Positions 13,103 through 22,700 of a stretch of 64,000 nucleotides of DNA are shown here, piece by piece. A program made the translations under genes and the position numbers. The notes below the pieces were generated by a model. The model was not told the DNA's origin. It worked only from the letters and a program-made list of their open reading frames with translations, and ran no database searches. The DNA comes from Albugo candida (Eukaryota). The stretch's first letter is position 1; every line of letters begins with the position of its first letter. The stretch covers positions 1 through 64,000 of the forward strand of contig JBDOQK010000034.1 of assembly GCA_040437565.1 (NCBI GenBank), given 5' to 3'.

Positions 13103-13820
13103 TACTCTCTCTTCATCCGATGTTGTGGTGCATATCAACGCCATATTCTCCAGCAAACATTACTTCATCATGTTCACCAACTTGCGGTAAACTTAAGTAA
13201 GCTCCGAAGAAGCACGATAATGCCGATGCGCTACGCAATCATAATCCTTTTCGGTCTATACTTCGGACTGGTGTGTTACCTTTAAGGGTGCCCTGAGTGA
13301 GGCGGCCAGATCTTGTTGTCGTGGTATACTCGCTTATGCCTAACTTACAACACACTAGCTGGAAGGTATGGTTTTCATTCACTTGTTCGGCTCGCCTTTG
13401 CACCATTCCAAATACTGTATGATTTCCCAGCTGTCACGAACACCAAATGAGTATACTGTATGACTTAGAATACGTTGAGAATGGACGTATGGAATGACGT
13501 AAGGTATGAGATGACGTATAAAATGACGTATAAAATGACGTGTAAAATGACGTAAAGACATGACGTAAGGCATGACGTATAAAATGACGTATAAAATGAC
13601 GTGATATGATTCACAGGGAAACCGTATGATGTGGACGGATAGGGTAAGCATTTAACCTTGTGTAAAAGTGGCTGACACCACCTTCCAAACCTCATACTTC
13701 TCTTCATCCGATATCACCATGTTCATCAACTTGCCATGAGCTTGAGTAAGCTCCGATGAAGCACGATAATGCCGTCGTGCCGCGCGACAAGATTCTTTTC
13801 GCTCTACTCCTTAGAATGGC
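13103..13820 (+). repeat. Diverged direct repeat pair (about 13103-13270 and 13695-13820)
   Basis: Shared ctcttcatccgat, catgttca(c/t)caacttgc and agtaagctccga(a/t)gaagcacgataatgccg blocks. Confidence 0.8.
13461..13610 (+). repeat. 12-bp minisatellite (ATGACGTATAAA-like)
   Basis: TGACGT at 13495, 13512, 13524, 13536, 13548, 13561, 13573, 13585 and 13597, plus degenerate upstream units. Confidence 0.92.
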
Positions 13821-14061
13821 TCACCGCTTCGATGTATATATTTTCTAAAATAAGATCTACCTTTGATGCTATTGAGGCAATGTCATTCTAGCCAGTCCCA
13901 ACAGAACCTCAACAATTTATACTTATTTGAGGAGTAAAAGCTCTTTTCATTACGTTAGGGTATTAGTGTACAAAAAAGTAGGATCTTTCTGTAGTTGCTA
14001 TGAATGCATATCTTACGTTGCAGGTTGTCCACTATCTAATTTGCCATCAACAACAACACTC

Positions 14062-14553
14062 ATGGTCAATTCAAAGTTCCGCTTTGTCATTTTCGTACTG
14101 ACTGCACTTCATCTAAATGCGCTAAATGATATTGCCGCTCTTTACAATGGAGAAGATGTGCGACTCAAAACCGGAGATGCTTGTAGGGTATTACAGCTGA
14201 TTCCGTTCCGACGCCACAAATTCAGGAATGAGTGCGTAAAAGATGTCGCTTTTCGTAAATCTTCTTTTAGCGGATTTCCAACTAAAAAGTGTGAGAATCG
14301 ATTTATTGAATACAAATCGAAAATCAAAATAGATTTCAAAGTTGCAGAAAGTGAGAGCATATTTGCTTCCAAATCCAAAATGCACAATATGTTTGAAGTA
14401 CAGGGGTGGATTTTTGGATCGTGGGCTACGGCGGTTTTAAGTATAATGCGAGCAGCATATCCGGTAATCAATGCGTACAAGTCAAGTGAGGAAGATCGCG
14501 CTATTCTTTTTTTCATTCTGAGTGATGAGGCTAACGATTGCAAAAAAAAATAA
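14062..14553 (+). CDS. Orphan putative secreted protein (163 aa), candidate effector
   Basis: First true ATG of the ORF gives MVNSKFRFVIFVLTALHLNA, a signal-peptide-like sequence. Four Cys. An Inr/FPR-like CCACTATCTAATTTGC lies at 14029-14044. The ORF ends in an A-run, so it may be truncated. Confidence 0.55.
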   Translation: MVNSKFRFVIFVLTALHLNALNDIAALYNGEDVRLKTGDACRVLQLIPFRRHKFRNECVKDVAFRKSSFSGFPTKKCENRFIEYKSKIKIDFKVAESESIFASKSKMHNMFEVQGWIFGSWATAVLSIMRAAYPVINAYKSSEEDRAILFFILSDEANDCKKK

Positions 14554-14982
14554 GTCTTTTTATATTTACTCGAGTTTCATATCAATCTCGATTGCCAGTA
14601 CTAGAAATTAGGATTACTACGACTACGAAGGTGCACGAATAGAAATAAACTAGGAGGCATACTTATTTGATTTCACGCTTTTAAGAACTCATGCGTTGGC
14701 TAAGTGACCCACCCTCATGTTCGCTAGATATTGACAGAAGTTTTCTCTGCTTGGAACCGAAAGTGGATCTAGACTTTGGTAGCTTCATAATGAAGAATGT
14801 GCTCAGTGGCCGGACTAATATTTGGTTAAAGAGAGATGGATCTTGAATTAGTCTGCACCTTCAAAGTGTAATCCCCTACGGGGTAGTAGTCACTGGAGTC
14901 AACGGTACGTAGCATTGTTACATTCGTCTCATTGACTTTTCATAAGAAGCAATGATAGGCGATCTGTCAGACACCCACTTCC

Positions 14983-16860
14983 TTAGCAGTAAGCTTCGAG
15001 GTAGGCTGAACAAGCTTTGGAGACAATATTCCTACGGTGTGTTTCCATGTAAAGAGTGTGTTGATTGCCAAGTATACTGCTCCACTCGGCCAAAGACGAG
15101 TATGGATCGACAGCGAGCTCATCTGATTCCACCACGTCAATCGCTGTTTTGATCGCTTTTGCAACCGTTGATAAGCTAATCAGCATGGAAGACACGCACG
15201 CGGCTACCATGACGCTGTATGTTGTATCCGAATCTGGTATGAACTCAGTACACCCTCTCAAGGCATCTTTCAGCGTTAGCGCCAACCTCGTACGCCTAAG
15301 CTCCATTTCCTGTGGCTTGCAAGTGACTGTGTCGTGGGCTTGCTCGAGACGTAAAAATTCAAGCCAGAGACCGCCACCAAGATACCATTCACAGCAATTC
15401 CACAACGGTATTGACAAAGCAAAAAGTTCCATTTCTTCGAGTAATTGCAAAAGCAATTGCTTGTCATTGCTAAAAAACAGTCGGGCGGCGATGTGTTTGA
15501 TCAAAACAGAATGAGCTTCATCGTACATTTCGGCAGCCATCCAGTGGCCAATTTCAGAATGATATGCATTTTTGTATCGCATGTCAAGCGCCAACGTCGA
15601 CTCGATCCAATGCACAGGTATCTTCAGTTTCTGCACCAGTTCTTCCAACTGTTCCGCAGCCATTTGAGCTACATCGCACGAATGTCGAAGCAATACAGCT
15701 CGACAGGTGGCTTCACGTTCTACAGGATTTGAGATGTTCAATGTCACGTACAAAGCTTCCTGCCACAACTTATTTCCTTCGAGTTGCATGATGAAATTCT
15801 GATACAAATGGGATTCCCACACAGCGTCGAGTTGGTACCCGAGTGCACGTAAGATGCTGTTCAGATGCCAACTCACTTCATAATCAAGGTATGCGGACGT
15901 GCCGTGCAAAAGTCCACTTGGTGATAGTACATTACACAACGCGACAGGTTGTTCGGCATACAATTTCAATACTTCCATCAGCATATCATCTTTGATCGAG
16001 CCACACGTCGAGACGGAACATGAAGCTGCCAAATTCTTTGCACAGGCTGTTTGATACATTGACAAAGCGCTTTTCAGTGAAGTGGAAGGTCCGTATTTAT
16101 ACCAAAAGAATAACGCGATAGCGGAGAGCCATGACAGTCTCCATTGAGATGAAGCAGTGACAGCTTCGACGGCTCCAGCGAGAACGCTATAAATGAGTGC
16201 GTGGGTCTCACTGAAATGCGATAAAGACTCATCAACTCCCCATTCTGAGAGTTGCGTCATGATCAAATGTCGGAATTCGGAGCCGTCATACGTTGCAATT
16301 TGTGCGACAAGTGTGGCGAGTCTCAAGTTTCCACTATCTGCTGCGAGCTCAGCAGCTTCCGTAATCTGATGTCTGCATAAAAGCTGTAAGATGGATTCTT
16401 CCGACGTGTCTTTCCTGTGACACGACTCATCCTCCAGCAAACCGATCGCATTTTCCATCCATCTCGAGATTGCTACACGACGCAAATCGACTGAGGGCAT
16501 CCTATCGAGAGTTTCCACGTCACATGCATCATCACGTACTGCAAGCGCCCCTGGTCCATCCTCCGCCAACACATTTCTCTCTTGACCCCACAACGCCTGC
16601 ACGAGTTTCCATAATACTTCGATATGACGCTCCACTTTACGACTCTGAAAAGCGTGCGAGTCGCTGTGATGATCCATGAATTTGCAGTACTGCTGTAGCG
16701 CGTGCGTGACGCCAATTCTTGAAGCAATTTGGAACTGCGGGCTTGGAGATGACGCAGCGAAAGTAGCACACTTGTAATGAAGCTCAAGTGTATCTCGCAA
16801 CCTGTCACGTCTCGCGGTATTGTTTGATTCGAATTGCAAAGGGAGTGCGATCGACACCAT
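14983..16860 (-). CDS. NUP96: Nucleoporin Nup96 domain, uninterrupted 625-aa ORF
   Basis: Nup96-like LWKLVQALWG, RRVAISRWM, AAELAADSGNLRLATLVAQ, IYSVLAG, LSWLSAIALFFWY, SWHL and QLEGNKLWQEALYV. It lies directly downstream of Nup98 autoprotease remnants. Confidence 0.9.
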   Translation of the reverse strand: MVSIALPLQFESNNTARRDRLRDTLELHYKCATFAASSPSPQFQIASRIGVTHALQQYCKFMDHHSDSHAFQSRKVERHIEVLWKLVQALWGQERNVLAEDGPGALAVRDDACDVETLDRMPSVDLRRVAISRWMENAIGLLEDESCHRKDTSEESILQLLCRHQITEAAELAADSGNLRLATLVAQIATYDGSEFRHLIMTQLSEWGVDESLSHFSETHALIYSVLAGAVEAVTASSQWRLSWLSAIALFFWYKYGPSTSLKSALSMYQTACAKNLAASCSVSTCGSIKDDMLMEVLKLYAEQPVALCNVLSPSGLLHGTSAYLDYEVSWHLNSILRALGYQLDAVWESHLYQNFIMQLEGNKLWQEALYVTLNISNPVEREATCRAVLLRHSCDVAQMAAEQLEELVQKLKIPVHWIESTLALDMRYKNAYHSEIGHWMAAEMYDEAHSVLIKHIAARLFFSNDKQLLLQLLEEMELFALSIPLWNCCEWYLGGGLWLEFLRLEQAHDTVTCKPQEMELRRTRLALTLKDALRGCTEFIPDSDTTYSVMVAACVSSMLISLSTVAKAIKTAIDVVESDELAVDPYSSLAEWSSILGNQHTLYMETHRRNIVSKACSAYLEAYC

Positions 16861-19800
16861 TGCATACGACGAATTGGATTAAAATGTGTCGGCAAATGCG
16901 ATCAGTTTGCCACACTATGCCAATTCACCTTGCGTTCCCTACGAACAGCGGAATGAAGGAGCCACAAAGAGTCCAACATCGTTTTGGCAAAGAAATTTCC
17001 AGCGATCATCCCACTCGCGCTTTTTGACTCCGCATTGCTCGCTTGTAGTAAGGCATATGTGGGTGATAGCTTTTCTGGTGCAAGTTTTCTGGTTTCAGAA
17101 TCGAATCCCCAAGGTTTGTACTCGTAGAGCGCTCCTATGCTTTCGCCTTTGTAGGAGATAAACTCGACCATTTCAACAGTGTCGGTATCGTCATCCTCGG
17201 GCGCAAGATGACTGTAGAATTCTTTCGAGGGATTCCACTTTCAAGAATGCTTTGGGATCAGTACTCTCAAAGGAGTCAATTTGCATGGGCTCACGGACAG
17301 ACATGTCCATCACAAGGTTCTTTATCGTTGTCTGATGCTGTTCAATGTGCGTTGGATGCTTCTCGGTATAAAACAGACGCCTTATCAGTGGAATGGCAAG
17401 CTTGAGTCGCTTTTTTGAAGAGCCGAAGGGAGAAGCCAACGAATGATCCATTGCAATTTCCAAAGTCTTCTCACTACAGTTCGGTGAATCGTCTGTTCTC
17501 TGATCTCTCCCTTCGTCCATTTCCGTCTCTTTTTCGTTGTCTTTGATCCCAAACGACTGAAATGCTTCACACTGAATCGCCATATTCCGAGTGCTACGGA
17601 ATAGACGATAAAGTCTGCATCGATATCTCTTGTCCGTTGTATCACGCGTTCTTCGTATCGTTTCACCAGTCGGGTCGTCCAAATGTGGTGGAAATATCTC
17701 CAAAAGCTCCACAATCGCAGGCTCAATCAGACCCTCCCCGACCGAATGCTTCTTTCCATCGTCTTTGTACACCATAACCTCTTTCTTCTCAAATGTATCA
17801 AGTTCATCGAGGTTCAGGTTCCGAATGTCTGTGAGCCCAATCCATTCCACCGATCTAAGTTCATGACAGCTCACAGTGAATGATCTGACTTGTGTCAGTT
17901 CTTGATGGCTCACTTGACAGATGCGGTCGTAAGGAGGAACAGTGTAATAGCCTGATTTTTTTTGAAGCGAAAACGCCAGGCATTTCTTCGGTTCTTTGGG
18001 GTAAGCATCGTTGATGTCACACATCGTCTATGACAAGAACTCGTCATTTGTCACAAATTGGTTCAGTTACCGAGGTTTAGTTGATAAAAATGCCATCTCC
18101 TTCCCCGATATACTATTCGATTTGTTGTCGTCGGCAACAACGATGTCGATAACGTCACCATTTTGTCGTTGCAGTGATTTACTGATAATTTCCGAAGTGT
18201 CCTCGGTGTCGAGTACTTCTCTATGACAGACGTATAAAATTTGTCGAGCTGATTGCGCTCCGATGTGCTTTGTGATAGGTTTCTTTGTATCATCCAATTT
18301 CTCATAAAGGGAGACATCAAGCGAGAATGGAAAATTCTCTGCGCCATACTAAAACGTAATTCGTATTCGGCCATCTGTCTCTTCTGTGACAGCGTCCGTG
18401 ACGATCGCCGGAACCTTTTCGACAATTCTATTCGCATGCCTCACGGAATTGTTATTGTTAATGATGAATTTCTTCCATGATCCTCGTAACAGTGAGCCAA
18501 GCGGAAGAGAATCAACAGTATTTCTCAGATGACTCGTTCTCGCTGATGTCGATGCTAAAGCTGTGGTTGGATGGAGTATCTTGGTCTTGGTAGTTTTGAA
18601 TAGCGTTCCAAGAAAGTAAGAGGTACAAAGCGGACGTCGAGAGGCGCTTTTATAGTGGGGACGCGATGCTGATGATGGTGTACTGATACTTCCACGTTTC
18701 AGGCCCACATGTTCAGCAAAGGAATGCCCTCGAGACAGTGTCGAAAAGCTATTCGATCCTACTTTTATCGCTTGATCGTCGAGTGCAGCTTTGACGATTT
18801 GATCCAGTAAGCCGTCTCCATATGACCCAGAGCCATATGGATTGATGTCAGGAGCAGCAATCAGTCCAGCTGGTTGGGCGTTGGAAGCCATATTGTTCTG
18901 AACAGAAATATTCCCAAATGTGTTACTGCCAAAGCCACTGAAGGCGGACGAAGCGGTGTTTCCAGGTACAGTTGATCCAGAACCAAAACCCAGAGTACTC
19001 GTACTTGCTCCAAAAGCCGATCCGGTGCCTCGACCAAAACCATTGGTGCCAAATTCCGAGCCAAACGATCCATTAGGTGTACCTGCGCCAACAAAAGTGC
19101 CAGAATTACCTAATATCTTAGTCGGATTCGTTTTCGTATTCGTTTACCTGAACAGAACTCCAGACTTTGGAGCATTAAAAAAGTTGTTTGTATTGTTTTC
19201 CGTCGCATTTGATTGACCGACAAACCCTCCAAAGCCTGTATTCGCCGCACCAAACATTGACGACCAGCTTGTAAGAGATGGTTTCGAGCCGAAAGTAGAT
19301 GGTTGGGTAGCACTATAAGCGCCAAATGTGTTTGTAGTTGAAGGTTTAGCAGCATTATTGGCTTCAAAGCTGAACGCTGTATTTCCTGTCGTCTTGCCAA
19401 AAAGAGAATTTGAAGGGGCATTAGTGGCTGTATCCGTTGCTCCAAATGCATTTCGAGAGCCTCCAAAAAAGAATCCAGTATTGTTACTGGCTGCAGGTGT
19501 CGTTGTACTTGTACCAAACCCACCAGCAAATGCGGGTTCTCCAAATGGTGAGCCGGTAGCACCAAATCCAGCGCTTGTAGAGGTATGAAAGCCTCGACTC
19601 ACACCGGATCCAAAAACTCCACTCGTCAAGCCCGTACCTGTCGGCTGAGTCGCCTGATTTCCGATCGTATTGCCAAACGCAGAATTTGTTGTTCCTGTGG
19701 AAACGAACGCCCCTGTGATCTGAAACCACCCGATGTAGCACCAAATGGCTGATCCGAAGTGGTGTTCGTACCAAATGCATTTCCAGCTGTAGCAACGCTC

Positions 19801-20017
19801 CAGTTGACGCCGCTGGTTGCGCATGGAACGAAGACGATCTAAAATTGCCAGAGCCTGACGTTGCTGGAGCTCCAAAAGAACTTGAAGGCGTTGTAGTAGA
19901 CCCAAATCCGGTTGACATACCTCCGAACGCGCTGGTCTTGGTATTTCCAAATAAGCTGTTACCGGTCGATTGCCCGGCGCCAAATTCTCCGGCATTGGGT
20001 GCTTGTGTTTCAAACGT
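16861..20017 (-). pseudogene. NUP98: Disrupted Nup98 portion (FG/GLFG-like repeats, DINPYG region, autoproteolytic domain, Nup96 N-terminal linker)
   Basis: FG-rich fragments switch frames repeatedly. The APD parts GYYTVPP...NLDELDTFEKKEVMVY...GEGL and WRFSVKHFSR are in different frames. In-frame stops at 16941-16939, 16917-16915 and 16881-16879. The probable start reads ACG-TTT (20017). Confidence 0.8.
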
Positions 20018-20526
20018 GTTGAAAGGCTCAGTGAGCGGGCAGCTCAAGCGGCGAGAAATTGTGCACTTTGACGAACTGTGAGATTTTACTTGGAATTGGG
20101 ATTCAATTTTCCGATACTTGTGCACTTTTTATAATGTAGACTATACATACAGAAATGTATCGAACACGTAGTTGCGCTTCAAATACGTATAAGGGTACGT
20201 ATACATGCCAATTTATTGACTCACATCACTCTGATTTGATGTCACGGTGGATTTTGATTGATGGAACATGGCGATGACGGGATGAGTCTTCACGAACTTT
20301 CATTTCACGAACAATGCCTGTTAGTGATATAAAGAATTTGCGAGCATTGGAAATGTGATTAAAGTCGCACATGCAGAGGCCAATTCGTATAGCACTGTCA
20401 GCTCATAGTTAAAACATAGATTCGTATCCTGCAAAAATAAATCTAATTTTCGTATTGATCTAACTCTAGCGTGACGTCTGAAGGATGGCTCTTCTCGACG
20501 CTTGCTCTTATTCATCACATGCGATG

Positions 20527-20900
20527 CTATAAGCAGCACTTTCCGACTATTGCTTCTACTATTTGTTTAAGGCGCAGATTGGCTGTTAAGAGAATCGAAC
20601 GGACAAAAAAAGTCGCATCGAGTACACTCCAGATTCTACAAGCAATTTCTTGCACATGAGTGCATTTTTTGGTTTGCTTTGAGACTAATTTGTTGTGACT
20701 GATAGCTGAAGAACTGTGATAGTTCGGAAAAAGAAGGTGTTGAAGTGGTGCTATTTCTTGAGAATTTATACGAGCGTCTCGTCTTACAAAGCGCAGAACA
20801 CAATTCGGAGCGTGCGACATCCATTTATGGCATATTGGCGATCTGTGAGGATCTTCCAGCACTTTTCTACAAAAAGCACATACTTGCATTTGAAAAATGT
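20527..20900 (-). pseudogene. Possible RING-finger relic
   Basis: Fragments CAFCRKVLEDP/PICHKW and ANLRLKQIVEAI resemble a RING domain and its following helix. No coherent gene model. Confidence 0.2.
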
Positions 20901-21969
20901 CGCACGTTCATTCGCAGCATTATGTGTGGGCCATAAATGTGACTCCATCTGTTTCCAACAATTAAGATGCATACTGTAGGGAAGGTTATGGTGGAAATAC
21001 GCATCAGCTAAAAATCATAAGCTTGGATTATAGGCAAGCCATTGCTGGTGATATGGATCTTGTTAGCCTCGAAAGCAGCAGTTCTCCACTGCTGACACTA
21101 GAATGGATGAAGAATGTGGCGAAAATGGAACAACTTGAACTGATGCGGAACAAAGCAATTGTCTATTACATAGTAACATCCGTCGGTGCCCAACATGTTC
21201 TCTCCATTATCAACGATGCGCACTGAAGTTGTAATTCACCTTATGGTAATATTGACATGAGTTATGGTAAGACGAAAATCGATCGATATGACGCAACTTG
21301 TTTTGATCGCGGACGTCTATAGTCAGAAATGCATTGGTTGAAATGAACTCAGAGTTATCGCACACAATGGGTAAAAGTGGCTGAGAGTAGACAGATGTGC
21401 GTAGCGCTACCAGGAACCTGACAACGGCTTGAGTCTGCTTCCAATATTATAGCAATTTAGGCTTTAGCAAGCATGACGTTCTAAGAGATAAGTAAGATAA
21501 TAGAAACAAAGAACCCCATTTAAAACCGTAAACTGAAATGGATATGCGGAGGCAAAGTACCATTTTCAAATAATAAAGGGAGTTTCTGGTATTCACTCCC
21601 CTCTTGATAGTATTCACTCAACCCCAAATAATTGGCTAAGATTCATCGCTCATTACTAATACATTCGCTAAAATTCATCACCTGTGACGCGCGGTGACTC
21701 ACTTTCACCTACCACTCGGCACAAATACACAATGAAATTGAAGTCATCTTATTAACCATATCGCTCAGCACATACATCATTATGTATGCTTGAATATGTA
21801 TATAATTAAAAGTGGCTTTTATTTAGGACATAGAAGTTTACACAACTGTCGAGAAATGATAAAAAAAAANNNNNNNNNNNNNNNNNNNNNNNNNNNNNNN
21901 NNNNNNNNNNNNNNNNNNNNNNNNNNNNNNNNNNNNNNNNNNNNNNNNNNNNNNNNNNNNNNNNNNNNN

Positions 21970-22700
21970 TGGTGCGATGGTGAATATATCCATCGGCTTG
22001 TGTGGTCCAAAGGAAGGTTGGAGTAAGTTGTAATAATTCCGTCGAAGCAGTTGTCCAATTCGCAGGAATAATTGTTGACGCATCGGATGCGAACTGCTGA
22101 AGGAATTGAATACGTTTCAGCTTAAATCGTCCCACCATAAAAGGAACTTGTAGTCCACCATCTTGTCGGCGAAGATATAAAAACTCTTTGCTGATATCTA
22201 ATCATGGTCCTTGAGAGCTGAAGAGGAAGCTGGTCGCATAGATCAAGTTGCGAAGCACCCCACATTTTGGCACAACTTATCTATAAGACCTATTGTTACT
22301 CCTCAGTCGTCCAACTTATTCTAAAAGCAAAAATTGCGCTAATTTCGGATGTCAAAGCTTTTCCGAGACATGACATCATGTCCCGCATACGTGAAAAAGA
22401 AACAAACGTTAGTGTCATCGCACGCATCAACACCAATGATATCATCAGCACTCAGATCACGTGTATTCATTCGATATTCTCGTCGATGTTTTGCTTATGA
22501 TATTTCTACAGCCGTTGTATTCGCGAATGATGTGGTGTGCTCGCTTCTTCCAACCGGCACATCCTAAGTGACTGTGAAGGCCGTCCAGTCGCTGTTTTGC
22601 TTTCTTACGGCTCACATATCAAAAGCACGTAAACTTATGATCGCGAAGGGGCTTCAAGATCAACCATTCAGTTTGGTCCTGCTTCGAACGCAAACAACTA
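21970..22700 (-). mobile_element. LINE (L1/Tx1-like) RT C-terminal relic
   Basis: ISKEFLYLRRQDGGLQVP matches the L-x-L-P-R-x-x-G-G-L motif after the LINE RT thumb. Upstream EHTTSFANT may be a decayed (Y/F)ADD. Heavily degraded. Confidence 0.5.

Noticed and set aside
13379-13707. ORFs with YVIL/RHFI repeats, and a CRISPR-like look of the array
   Set aside because: These are translations of the 12-bp minisatellite. There are no unique spacers and no cas genes, and the context is eukaryotic.
14142-14543. Antisense ORFs overlapping real genes (also 15065-15514, 47695-48099, 58235-58603)
   Set aside because: Shadow ORFs with no recognisable motifs.
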